Shown here: positions 23,580 through 32,954 of the stretch, in pieces
Numbering within the stretch: position 1 is the stretch's first letter
Layout: the number at the start of each line of letters is the position of its first letter
Virus record (IMG/VR): IMGVR_UViG_3300045988_132604
Origin: a virus
Strand: one strand, 5' to 3'
DNA: 41,286 nt
Position numbers and translations under genes: made by a program
Notes under the pieces: generated by a model
What the model was told of the DNA's origin: nothing
Databases searched by the model: none
The model's input: the letters and a program-made list of their open reading frames with translations, nothing else

Positions 23580-24107
23580 ATGGCAAAGAAACCCAGAAAA
23601 GCATTTTTACAGGCCGTAGCATACAGCACGGACGCAACCGTTTCCGTAGAGAAACTTTCGGCGGCGCAGTGGAGCGTGCTCGGCCACGATACGGACGATT
23701 TGTCCCATGAGATGAACCCCGACACAAGCACCAGCAAGAATGTCCTCGGCGAATCGCGCTTTGTGCATAACGGCTATGAACCGGAAGTATCCGTTGACAC
23801 TTTCTACGCCGATGCGGATGAGGCTATCTATGAAACTCTGGTCAAGAACGCCATGACCGAGGATTTCAGCGAGGCAAACAACACGGGCTATTACGCCAAG
23901 TGCGAACTCAACACCTTCACCGAAGGAACCACCACGGCCACGGGCACGGCATATGTACAGCGTTGCTGGATAATCCCGCAGTCCATGGGCGGCGATACTT
24001 CCGGCTTCCAGATTCCCTTCAACGTCAATCCGTTCGGCGCGGTGCAAAAGTTTAACGTGTCCTATAACTGGACTACCTACGCCGTGACATTCACAGCGGT
24101 TTCCTAA
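23580..24107 (+). CDS. Major tail protein (putative)
   Basis: 175 aa, Thr/Ser-rich with a beta-rich composition. Lies upstream of the chaperone and tape-measure genes. Confidence 0.55.
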   Translation: MAKKPRKAFLQAVAYSTDATVSVEKLSAAQWSVLGHDTDDLSHEMNPDTSTSKNVLGESRFVHNGYEPEVSVDTFYADADEAIYETLVKNAMTEDFSEANNTGYYAKCELNTFTEGTTTATGTAYVQRCWIIPQSMGGDTSGFQIPFNVNPFGAVQKFNVSYNWTTYAVTFTAVS

Positions 24108-24163
24108 GGCGTTGCAACGGGGCTGTGCGGCGTTTATCCTCCCGCCGCAATATAAATCCCCGC

Positions 24164-24193
24164 TTGACAACATACCCCCGCAGGGGCGATAAT
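24164..24193 (+). promoter_or_regulatory. Promoter of the tail-module moron
   Basis: TTGACA (24164-24169), 18-nt spacer, GATAAT (24188-24193). Confidence 0.55.
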
Positions 24194-24223
24194 AGAGCAT
24201 CAATTCTGTGGGGGTATTAAATC

Positions 24224-24838
24224 GTGAGAATAGTTGAATTGAAGTGCCCAAATTGCAATGGCGACATTACAATAAACACGGATAGGAACTTTGCTTTCTG
24301 CCCATACTGTGGGACACGATTAAAAGTTGAGGAGGCGCAGCAAATCCCCGATACAATTAAGGTTAATCGTGAATGGGAAGCTAACAACTATGTTCTTCGG
24401 GCGCAGGAATATGAGCGTGCTGGTGATACAGATAACGCAGAAATCTACTATAACCGTGCGCTTGACGCTGACGTTAATAATGATAGGGCGCGCGATGGCT
24501 ATAATCGTATGCAACGGCTTATAACCGAGCACAACGTATCAATACAGTATATCCAATCGAGTTCCGACCCGCTTGTAAGGCTGATTGTCAAAGAGGCGGG
24601 GAAGACCTTGTGCAAGATAAGACGCGGCGAAGGGATTAACCTTTTGCTGCCTATCGGCGAACACCCGCTTTTGTTTTATCAGGGAGGCAGCCCTAAAGCG
24701 TATGTGCGAGTGACAATTAAGACACGCCACGACCGCGCCAAAATATACACTCAGACGAGTATGTTTTGGAATAAGACCTCTGCGGAAGGCGCGGCCGAGG
24801 TAATGACCAAAAAAGCAATGTACAAGACAGGAAACTAA
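24224..24838 (+). CDS. Moron: zinc-ribbon plus TPR-like plus unknown C-terminal domain protein
   Basis: GTG start with a GGGGGT RBS. N-terminal CPNCNG...FCPYCG zinc ribbon. AQEYERAGDTDNAEIYYNRALDAD is a TPR-like helix pair. Clearly lower GC than the flanking tail genes. Confidence 0.7.
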   Translation: MRIVELKCPNCNGDITINTDRNFAFCPYCGTRLKVEEAQQIPDTIKVNREWEANNYVLRAQEYERAGDTDNAEIYYNRALDADVNNDRARDGYNRMQRLITEHNVSIQYIQSSSDPLVRLIVKEAGKTLCKIRRGEGINLLLPIGEHPLLFYQGGSPKAYVRVTIKTRHDRAKIYTQTSMFWNKTSAEGAAEVMTKKAMYKTGN

Positions 24839-24847
24839 GGAGATAAC

Positions 24848-25276
24848 ATGGCAACACTATCTTTTGAAACTGGCATAAAAACATTCGACATAAACGGCGA
24901 CCCGAACAGGGTCGTTTCTTTTAACCCTTCTGACTTGAACTTCATACACAGACTGTATGACGGCTACCTGAAGCTTGACGCTTTGCAGCGCAAGTATAGC
25001 CTGCAAGCCGATAAAGCACCGGAAGCAGCTAAAATGATGGCCATAGCACACGAGGCAGACCTTGAAATACGTAAGATTATAGACGGCATTTTTGCTACGC
25101 CCGTATCGGAAATAGTTTTTGAGGGGCAAGCCACAAATGCAATCACCGGTGACGGCTGCCCGCTATGGCTTGGATTCTTGGTTGCAATAATGGCAAACTG
25201 TGATGAAACCGTAACGGAGCGCGAGAACGCGAAAAACCCCAAACTGGAAGCCCTCATTGCCAAATACAATAAATGA
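24848..25276 (+). CDS. Tail assembly chaperone
   Basis: 142 aa, acidic, lying before the tape measure. The N-terminal TFDINGDPNRVVSFNPSDLNF pattern is typical of this family. Confidence 0.65.
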   Translation: MATLSFETGIKTFDINGDPNRVVSFNPSDLNFIHRLYDGYLKLDALQRKYSLQADKAPEAAKMMAIAHEADLEIRKIIDGIFATPVSEIVFEGQATNAITGDGCPLWLGFLVAIMANCDETVTERENAKNPKLEALIAKYNK

Positions 25277-25836
25277 ACTACACGCTTCCGACGAGCGTAA
25301 ATATTGACGGAATTGAACATCCCATCAGGTCAGATTATCGCGTCATATTGGATATAATATCCGCCTTGAACGATGATGATTTTACCGACAGAGAAAAGGC
25401 CATCGCCATGATGCGCCTTTTTTTTGTTGACGCTTACGCGGTGACGGACTGGGAGAAGGGGCTAAAGGCGGCAGCGGAGTTTATAGCGTGTGGGCGGGAC
25501 GAGGGCAACACAAAACGCCCGCGCGTTATTGACTGGGACAAGGATTTCCCCTATATGGTATCGGCTATAAACAAAGTTGCAGGGCGGGAAATACGCGCCG
25601 ATGAATATTGCCACTGGTGGACATTTATCGGCTATTTTGACGCCATAGACGGCGAAAGCACCTTTGCCAACATCGTCAATATACGCAATAAAAAAGCCAA
25701 AGGCAAGAAGCTTGAGAAATGGGAACAAGAGTTTTATAACGCGAACCGTGACTTGTGCGACATAAAGAGTAAACAGCACGGGACGAGCAAGGAAAGCCTT
25801 GCAGCATTATGTGAAGCCTTTGCAGCAGAGGAGTAA
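25273..25836 (+). CDS. Phage Gp15-family protein (A118 gp15-like)
   Basis: LPTSVNIDGIEHPIRSDYRVILDIISALNDDDFTDREK matches the recalled Gp15 family pattern. ATGA overlap with the chaperone gene. Confidence 0.65.
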   Translation: MNYTLPTSVNIDGIEHPIRSDYRVILDIISALNDDDFTDREKAIAMMRLFFVDAYAVTDWEKGLKAAAEFIACGRDEGNTKRPRVIDWDKDFPYMVSAINKVAGREIRADEYCHWWTFIGYFDAIDGESTFANIVNIRNKKAKGKKLEKWEQEFYNANRDLCDIKSKQHGTSKESLAALCEAFAAEE

Positions 25837-25842
25837 AACAAA

Positions 25843-28110
25843 ATGGCAGACGGTAGCATAATTTTTGATACCGCATTGGACACAAGCGGCTTTGAAAAAG
25901 GAGTGCAGCAACTCGACAAAACCAATAAAGCTGCTGCAAATAGTGTGAATGAAACGTCGCGGGCGATAGAAGCACAAGTAAAAAAGGTAGAACGGCTAAA
26001 ACAAGAATTACTGCTTGCGCAAGATGTATATAAAGAGGCGGGGTTCCGAGGATTCAACACCGAACAAGCCGCCGTTGGTGTATATAATGCGCAGCAAGCG
26101 TTGTCCAAGGCTACGGCAGAACTGCGGACGATGCAAAAAGCCGCAGATGATGTAGCCGTAGCTACAGATAAACTCCCATCCAGCGCAGAAAAAGCGGCAG
26201 AAGCCGCGAAGAAGGCAGCCAAGGAAACCGAAGGAATAGGCAAGGCGGCGAAAAAGTCTGAAAAACAGATGGGCGGGCTTGAGAAACGGCTTGTTAGGCT
26301 TGCCCAGCGAGTTTTGGTGTTTAATGTTATCCTGAAAGCCTTAAACGCATTCCGCGACTACTTGGGCAAAGCCCTGAAAACGTCAAAGAAGTTTACGGCG
26401 GCATGGAATAACCTTCGCGGGGCGCTCCTTACGGCATTTCAACCGATATGGGAGACCATATTACCGTGGCTGACAAAATTTGTAAATGTGCTTGCCAAGG
26501 TTATAACGTGGGTTGCGGCGTTTTTTTCGTGGCTCACTGGCAAGAGCCTTGCGGCAAGCTCAAAAAATGCGAAAAACCTATACAAAGAAGCTAACGCGAT
26601 AGAAGCCACTGGCAAGGCGGCAGACAAGGCCAAACTATCCCTTGCGGCGTTTGACGAGATAAATAACCTATCATCCAACAAGGATACTGGCAGCGGGGGC
26701 GGGAGCAGCGGTGTTACAACGCCCACGTTCGAGGTTGATACAAGCTATCTCGAAAAAGTTGAGGGTATAATGAAGAAAATCGGCGGATGGGTGCTTGCCA
26801 TAGCCGCAGGACTTGGTGCGTGGAAGATAGCAAGCGCATTTGGCGCTGACCTAAAGAAGTGCATAGGATGGTTTATGACAATATCCGGCCTTGTGCTTGG
26901 CGTTACCGGCTTTTTAGACGCATGGAATGAAGGACTTAATTGGGATAATTTAATCCAGATACTCACGGGGGCGGCCTTGTTTGCTGGCGGCCTTGCTGTG
27001 CTGTTTGGCAAGGTTGGCGGCGCTATCGGGCTTATAATTGACGGCATTGCACTTATTGTAATAGGCATTAAGGAATGGGTTGAACAGGGCGAGCTAACAG
27101 ACCAAGCATTTGTAGCAATAGAGGCGGGAATAATCGCAATAGGCGCGGCACTTGCATTGCTGATTAGCCCGTGGGCGTTGGTTGTCGCTGCGATCGCCGG
27201 TGTTGCGCTTGCCGTATACAAATACTGGGACGAAATATCCGCATTTTTCCAGGGTGTTTGGGAGAAAATAAGCGCCTTTTTTGTCGGCATATGGGAGAAA
27301 GTCAAAGAGATTTTTGCGCCCGTGGTGCAATGGTTTGACGATAATATAATAACTCCCCTTGTCGAATTTTTCAGAGGTTGGGCAGAGAGGACGGCAGCGG
27401 TATTTGAAGGCTGCTGGATTATTATTCAAGCCGTCTGGAAAATCGTTTCGGAGTGGTTTGACCAAAACGTTATCCAGCCCGTTGTGGCTTTTTTCAAGAA
27501 GCTTGGCGAGGACATTTCCCGCATATTCAAGGAGGCGTGGGAGGTAATAAAGCCAATATGGAACGCCGTGGCGGGGTGGTTTAACCAGCACGTAATACAA
27601 CCAATAGTTAAGTTTTTTACCTCCGCGTGGGACAAAATCAAAAATGCGTTCGTTACTGCTTTTGAAGCTATTTCGACATTTGCAAAGAGCATTTTTAACG
27701 GCGTTATATCCATGGTGGAGGGTATTGTGAACCGCGTTATTAAAGCTATAAACGGCATAATTGGCGGGTTTAATAAGGTCGTAACGTGGGCGGCTGGGGT
27801 TATCGGCAAGGATTGGGGAGGAGTTGCGCTCCTGCCGGAAGTGCATTTGCCGAGACTGGCAGAGGGCACGGTTGTACCCGCAAACCGCGAGTTTTTAGCC
27901 ATGCTGGGCGATAACAAACGCGAAACCGAAATTGTATCGCCGTTATCAACCATGAAACAAGCGCTGAAAGAGGCGTTAAAGGAGAGCGGCATGGGCGGCA
28001 ACATGAACGTTCAAGTTTTCCTTGACGGTCAAAAAGTATATGACAGCGTGGTTGACTACTCAAAGCGCGACATACGCCGCACGGGGCGATATCCGATTTT
28101 AGGAGAGTGA
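25843..28110 (+). CDS. Tape measure protein
   Basis: 755 aa. Coiled-coil N-terminus, a central block of hydrophobic helices and repeated W/F-x motifs (WFDQNVIQP, WFNQHVIQP). Confidence 0.85.
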   Translation: MADGSIIFDTALDTSGFEKGVQQLDKTNKAAANSVNETSRAIEAQVKKVERLKQELLLAQDVYKEAGFRGFNTEQAAVGVYNAQQALSKATAELRTMQKAADDVAVATDKLPSSAEKAAEAAKKAAKETEGIGKAAKKSEKQMGGLEKRLVRLAQRVLVFNVILKALNAFRDYLGKALKTSKKFTAAWNNLRGALLTAFQPIWETILPWLTKFVNVLAKVITWVAAFFSWLTGKSLAASSKNAKNLYKEANAIEATGKAADKAKLSLAAFDEINNLSSNKDTGSGGGSSGVTTPTFEVDTSYLEKVEGIMKKIGGWVLAIAAGLGAWKIASAFGADLKKCIGWFMTISGLVLGVTGFLDAWNEGLNWDNLIQILTGAALFAGGLAVLFGKVGGAIGLIIDGIALIVIGIKEWVEQGELTDQAFVAIEAGIIAIGAALALLISPWALVVAAIAGVALAVYKYWDEISAFFQGVWEKISAFFVGIWEKVKEIFAPVVQWFDDNIITPLVEFFRGWAERTAAVFEGCWIIIQAVWKIVSEWFDQNVIQPVVAFFKKLGEDISRIFKEAWEVIKPIWNAVAGWFNQHVIQPIVKFFTSAWDKIKNAFVTAFEAISTFAKSIFNGVISMVEGIVNRVIKAINGIIGGFNKVVTWAAGVIGKDWGGVALLPEVHLPRLAEGTVVPANREFLAMLGDNKRETEIVSPLSTMKQALKEALKESGMGGNMNVQVFLDGQKVYDSVVDYSKRDIRRTGRYPILGE

Positions 28111-28114
28111 AGCA

Positions 28115-28522
28115 ATGGCATTTGAAGGATTCTTGATGAAAGCGTTTGAGACAACGTTCCCGCATAAGTATATACAGATATCGACATATCAGACCACGCC
28201 GAGCCAACGGCAAGACCTCGACAGCTATCAGGACAGCAAAGGCAATTTGCACCGAACCGTCGTTCCGCATGACCGCTCAAAGATAGTCTTTAAGACGATT
28301 GACGACCTAAAGCTTGCTGAAAAGCAGGAAATACAGGCGTTCTTTAATGGGGCAATGACCAACGCGCGGGAACGCAAGGTAACCCTGACGTACTGGAATG
28401 ACGAGGATAACATATATAAGACGGGATCCTTTTATATTCCCGATGTTACCTACCCCATAAAGCGGATTATGGGGAACGATATCGTATATGATTCGGTTGA
28501 GTATCACCTAATCGAATACTAA
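28115..28522 (+). CDS. Small distal-tail-like protein (putative)
   Basis: 135 aa immediately after the tape measure. Assigned by synteny only. Confidence 0.35.
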   Translation: MAFEGFLMKAFETTFPHKYIQISTYQTTPSQRQDLDSYQDSKGNLHRTVVPHDRSKIVFKTIDDLKLAEKQEIQAFFNGAMTNARERKVTLTYWNDEDNIYKTGSFYIPDVTYPIKRIMGNDIVYDSVEYHLIEY

Positions 28523-28531
28523 GGAGGGCGC

Positions 28532-30961
28532 ATGAAAAGCTGGACTGATACAGCAAAAGCGAAATGGCGGGATAGCGACTCACGCCAAATTAAGGCAGAA
28601 ATTGAACTTGGGCATTATACATGGGTGCCGCCCCCGCCCGAACCTGACGAACCGGACGTACCCGAACCCGAACCGGGGGAAGTTAAAATAGCTTACAGAA
28701 TAGAGCCTGGCGAGATTGTAGGGAACTCCGCCAAGATAGACGAGGCCATATCCGATGCGGAAACCATCAAATATGGCACGGTACAGCCCGCAGCACTTGA
28801 AATACAGATTGTCGAAGATAGCGAGGAAGTAAGTGAGGTAGAGCGGTATAGCCAACATCTGGACGGATACGTTAAAGGGCGTATCTGGGATTATGCGATA
28901 GGCCACAAGATAACGGTATATCTATGGGATACAAGTAATGTGTTTGAAATGGGGTCTCCTTATGTCGCTGAATTTTACATTGCCGGGGTTAAAGGCGAGG
29001 GTACGACCAAGTTTAAGACTATTACGGCATATGACGCGCTGAGCCTTTTCGACAAAGACGTTTCCGACTGGTACAACGGCCTTGACTTCAACGGGCTTAC
29101 CCTTAAAGCGTTCCGTGAGAGCCTATGCACATATTGCGGCGTGGAATTTGAGAGCGTAACACTGCCCAACGACAGCATGACCATAAGCCGCACAATGTCC
29201 GCAACGTCCATATCGGGGCGCGATATCCTTTCCGCGTGCTGCGAGCTCAACGGCTGCTGGCCTAAGATAGAGCTATGGGCAGCCGTACCGCCGGATTGGG
29301 ATATCTCATTCATGGGAACGATAAATAAGCTCCGCTGGGTGACGCTTGGCAGCACCGCGTGCGAAACGTTTGATTACAGCCAATACGATTACACCTTCCG
29401 TCCCGACAGCACCCGCGAGGAATACGACTGCAAGGGCATTAATGCCGTTATCATACGGGCAACCGATGATGATGTGGGCGGGCACTACCCCGCAACCGTG
29501 CAGGATAACCCGTATATAATTCAGGGCAATTTCTTATGCTTTGGCAAGGCCACGGCGGAGCTTACCACCATAGCGCAAAATGTATACAACGCGATAGCCA
29601 ACAAGCCGTACAGGCCGCACAAAACGGTTATAGCGGGGCGGCCATACCTTGAACCGGGTGACAAGGTGACGGTGAAATTCGCCGAGGGCAACGGCGGGAC
29701 ATTTGACACCTATATACTCAAGCGCACAATGACGGGCGAGGCCGCCCTGCTGGATACCTATGAAGCCAAGGGGCAAAAGGAGCATCGGGAGCAGTACGGC
29801 ATTTCCCAACAGATACAGCAGATACAGGGCAGGACAAACGAACTGACCCGAACGGTTGACGAAACCGTAAACACCATTACCCGCATCGAGTACCTCACCC
29901 CCGTTTTGTCGAAAACCGACCCGTCAACGGACTGGACGGACGATGAAAAGGCGGCAAAAGAGGGCTACCAATGGTTTGACGGTACTGACTTGCGCATATG
30001 GGACGGGGCGGCATGGAAGCTGACCATATACCCCGACTACAACCAAAGCACACAGCCCAACAACGCCAAGGAAGGGGAATACTGGTATAACCCCACAACG
30101 GGCGAGATAAAGAAGCTTGTCGGGGACACATGGACTGCCGATAGCACGGTATGCATACCCACAACATGGACGCAGACCATGCAGACACAGCTAAAAATTA
30201 CCGCCGAGGGCGTACAAAGCACCGTCACAAAGGACAACATCATATCCACCATAAATCAGAGCGCGGAGAGCGTGAGCATAAACGCGAGCAAAATTGACTT
30301 GACGGGCTATGTCACCATAAACTCCCTGAAAGCGGGGGGAACAACGCAGATTGACGGCGGGCGCATAACCACGGGAAAAGTAGCGGCAGCGCGTATCGAT
30401 GTTGATGCTCTGTACGTTAAGCACCTGAGCGCGGCTGATGGGACGTTTACCGGAACGCTGCAAGCCGCGAGTGGTACCTTTTCATCCCTTGACGCTGCGG
30501 GTGGGTATGTCCATTTTGGGTATGATTATATATCCGTTTACGGGGTCGAAATAGGGTGGATACCAAGAATAGCATCACAGATATGTATAGTGCCATCCGG
30601 CGCAGGCGTTGGCAACGTTGGCATAGGCGATTATTATTGGGACCAAGTTAAAGCTAACCGCCACCCAACTGCATCATCGAGACGATACAAAAAGAACATA
30701 CTCGCTGCAACTGAAACGGACTTTAGCGATATAAGCAAAGTCCGCATTGTGACATTTAACAATAAAACCGGCAGCGACGCAGGGCGGCAGATAGGCGTTA
30801 TCGCGGAAGAACTGTATAAAGTATTCCCCTATGCTGTGTGCCTAAATGATGCCGGCGAGCCTGACGGCGTGGAATATGGCAAGTTGTCACTGCTTGCCAT
30901 TGAAGCAATACAAAAACTTGAAAAGCGTGTGAAAAACTTGGAAGAAAGGAGACTTATATGA
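28532..30961 (+). CDS. Tail-associated / fibre protein with a C-terminal peptidase S74 intramolecular chaperone domain
   Basis: 809 aa. C-terminal SSRRYKKNI...IGVIAEELYKVFPYAV...EYGKLSLLAIEAIQKLEKRV is the auto-cleaving chaperone signature. Confidence 0.75.
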   Translation: MKSWTDTAKAKWRDSDSRQIKAEIELGHYTWVPPPPEPDEPDVPEPEPGEVKIAYRIEPGEIVGNSAKIDEAISDAETIKYGTVQPAALEIQIVEDSEEVSEVERYSQHLDGYVKGRIWDYAIGHKITVYLWDTSNVFEMGSPYVAEFYIAGVKGEGTTKFKTITAYDALSLFDKDVSDWYNGLDFNGLTLKAFRESLCTYCGVEFESVTLPNDSMTISRTMSATSISGRDILSACCELNGCWPKIELWAAVPPDWDISFMGTINKLRWVTLGSTACETFDYSQYDYTFRPDSTREEYDCKGINAVIIRATDDDVGGHYPATVQDNPYIIQGNFLCFGKATAELTTIAQNVYNAIANKPYRPHKTVIAGRPYLEPGDKVTVKFAEGNGGTFDTYILKRTMTGEAALLDTYEAKGQKEHREQYGISQQIQQIQGRTNELTRTVDETVNTITRIEYLTPVLSKTDPSTDWTDDEKAAKEGYQWFDGTDLRIWDGAAWKLTIYPDYNQSTQPNNAKEGEYWYNPTTGEIKKLVGDTWTADSTVCIPTTWTQTMQTQLKITAEGVQSTVTKDNIISTINQSAESVSINASKIDLTGYVTINSLKAGGTTQIDGGRITTGKVAAARIDVDALYVKHLSAADGTFTGTLQAASGTFSSLDAAGGYVHFGYDYISVYGVEIGWIPRIASQICIVPSGAGVGNVGIGDYYWDQVKANRHPTASSRRYKKNILAATETDFSDISKVRIVTFNNKTGSDAGRQIGVIAEELYKVFPYAVCLNDAGEPDGVEYGKLSLLAIEAIQKLEKRVKNLEERRLI

Positions 30962-31128
30962 ACAAGGCCGAAAAACAGGTTATCGAGAGCATATACGCCA
31001 CTTTGGAGCAGACCATGCCCGTAATATCATATCGGGACGTTGAAGCTAAATGCGGCGTGTTGCAATCGCTCAAACGGCTATATAACGGAGAGTTTGAGGA
31101 CAAAGCGGAAAAGGAGAACGAAGCATGA
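30958..31128 (+). CDS. Small hypothetical protein (56 aa)
   Basis: ATGA overlaps at both ends and a GGAGA RBS. Below the ORF-track cut-off. Confidence 0.55.
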   Translation: MNKAEKQVIESIYATLEQTMPVISYRDVEAKCGVLQSLKRLYNGEFEDKAEKENEA

Positions 31129-31763
31129 CCTGCAACATTACCCTAACCGCTAACCACCAATCTCTGACCGCCGACTATCTACCCCTTGCCGCCGAATCCG
31201 TACAGTACCTTACCGCGAAGGTAAACTGCGAGACGGAGGACTGGACGGGGCGCGAGATAAAGGCAATGTTTGGGCAGGGCTGCACGGTCCATGAAGTGCC
31301 CGTGACAGGCGGGGAGATAACCGCTAAGCAGCAGCTTAACCTCAGTGCGGGCGACTGGTGCGTATGGCTTGTGGGCAACTCCGCGCGGGACGGTGAAGTA
31401 ATCCCACGCATTACCACAAACGTAGTGCATATCAGCGTAGCCCCGACAGGCGGTACGGAGGGTAATCCCTTCCCTGCAATTCCGCCCACGGTCGAGGAGC
31501 AGCTGCGGGCAGACATGGGTAATCTTGCCGACCTGACCACAGAGGACAAGAGCAGCCTTGTGGCGGCAATAAATGAAGTTAGGCAAACGGGCGGCGGCGG
31601 TACGGCATACACCATAGGACACGGACTGAAACTCGATGCTAAGACAAATACCCTGTCCGTTGATACGGCGGATAAAATGGAGCAGGATAACACGCTGCCT
31701 ATAACCTCGGCGGCGGTATATGTGGAAGTGGGCAACATAAATGCGCTATTAAAGACTATATAA
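31125..31763 (+). CDS. Tail fibre-associated protein
   Basis: 212 aa. GNLADLTTEDKSSLVAAINEV and LPITSAAVYVEVGNINALL are motifs common in fibre or receptor-binding proteins. Confidence 0.5.
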   Translation: MTCNITLTANHQSLTADYLPLAAESVQYLTAKVNCETEDWTGREIKAMFGQGCTVHEVPVTGGEITAKQQLNLSAGDWCVWLVGNSARDGEVIPRITTNVVHISVAPTGGTEGNPFPAIPPTVEEQLRADMGNLADLTTEDKSSLVAAINEVRQTGGGGTAYTIGHGLKLDAKTNTLSVDTADKMEQDNTLPITSAAVYVEVGNINALLKTI

Positions 31764-31774
31764 GGGAGGCATAA

Positions 31775-32671
31775 ATGAGCACACAACTTGAACTTACAAG
31801 ATTGCAGACGGCGCGAAACAAAATACGCACATGGCTGGTTGCAGTAGGACTTGCGACCAGCACTGACAAATTAGATGTATTGGCTACGGCTATAGACGGC
31901 ATAACCAATCAGGGCGCGGTAGACGCGAACGTGAAGGAGGGAGAAACGTACACCATACCGAAAGGGTATCATAACGGTTCCGGCACGGTAAAGGGCGTTG
32001 CCGGCGGCGGCAGCTATAATCTTCAGAGCAAAACCGTAACGCCGACCAAATCGCAGCAGAATGTTGCTCCCGACCAGGGCTACTATGGATTATCAGCGGT
32101 TACGGTAAACGCTATTCCCGAAGCGTATCAGGATACCTCCAGTGTAACGGCAGGGGCGGGTGACGTAAGAGCCAATAAAATAATAGTTACAGCCGAGGGC
32201 GAGCAGGTAGCCGGTACGCTGGCCGACAATGGCAGCGTGAATAAAACGCTTGACGCCGCCACAGGCAATCAGGAATACACCGTCCCCTCCGGCATACACA
32301 GCGGCAGCGGCAAGGTAAAGATTGTGCTGGAGGAAAAGGCGGCCACTCCTGCGGCGGAAGCGCAGGATATAACGCCGTCCACCGGCAAGGTGCTTGGCAA
32401 GGTGGCCGTGGCGGCTATTCCGGAGAAATATGCCGACACCTCTGACAGCACCGGCACGGCGGCAGACGTACTTGACGGCAAGATAGTATATGGTTATGAC
32501 AGCACCGGCAAGAAGGCTAAAAAGCTTACCGGCACGATGGCGAATAACGGAGCGATAGCAGCGACAATCGATGGGCTTACCGTCACGTCATACGAAGTGC
32601 CGGCGGGTTATACATCAGGCGGTACGGTATCGCTGACCGATGATATAGAAACGGCGCTGGCCGCTATATGA
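31775..32671 (+). CDS. Tail fibre-like protein with three internal Y-x-[IV]P-x-G-[YI]-x-[SN]G repeats
   Basis: ETYTIPKGYHNGSGTVKGV, QEYTVPSGIHSGSGKVKIV and TSYEVPAGYTSGGTVSL. The N-terminus is homologous to that of the next gene. Confidence 0.55.
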   Translation: MSTQLELTRLQTARNKIRTWLVAVGLATSTDKLDVLATAIDGITNQGAVDANVKEGETYTIPKGYHNGSGTVKGVAGGGSYNLQSKTVTPTKSQQNVAPDQGYYGLSAVTVNAIPEAYQDTSSVTAGAGDVRANKIIVTAEGEQVAGTLADNGSVNKTLDAATGNQEYTVPSGIHSGSGKVKIVLEEKAATPAAEAQDITPSTGKVLGKVAVAAIPEKYADTSDSTGTAADVLDGKIVYGYDSTGKKAKKLTGTMANNGAIAATIDGLTVTSYEVPAGYTSGGTVSLTDDIETALAAI

Positions 32672-32675
32672 GCCT

Positions 32676-32954
32676 ATGGGTGTACAAACGGAACTTACCC
32701 GCATAAGCGGGGCTAAAACAGACCTTAAGGCCGCCATACAGGGCAAAGGCGTTGCCGTGGCCGAATCAGCGAGGATTGACGCATATCCCGCGCTTGTACA
32801 GGCTATAACACAGGGCGTTGTTGACGTTGCTACTGCCGATGAGCTCAGCGCAAAGGCTGTGGAGGCCAACCTTGGCCGGTGCTATTGTTTTACCGGCGTT
32901 ACGGACGGAACATATACTACAAACAACATATATGTGGTGGAGAGTCGGGCATGA
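32676..32954 (+). CDS. Short paralog sharing the fibre N-terminal module
   Basis: MGVQTELTRISGAKTDLKAAIQGKGVAV...AITQGVVD aligns with MSTQLELTRLQTARNKIRTWLVAVGLAT...GITNQGAVD. Confidence 0.55.
   Translation: MGVQTELTRISGAKTDLKAAIQGKGVAVAESARIDAYPALVQAITQGVVDVATADELSAKAVEANLGRCYCFTGVTDGTYTTNNIYVVESRA

Noticed and set aside
24848-25836. Expected gpG/gpGT-type programmed -1 frameshift between the tail chaperone genes
   Set aside because: The two ORFs are joined by a simple ATGA stop/start overlap, and the second is a recognisable Gp15-family gene with its own start. No slippery heptamer is visible near the end of the first ORF.
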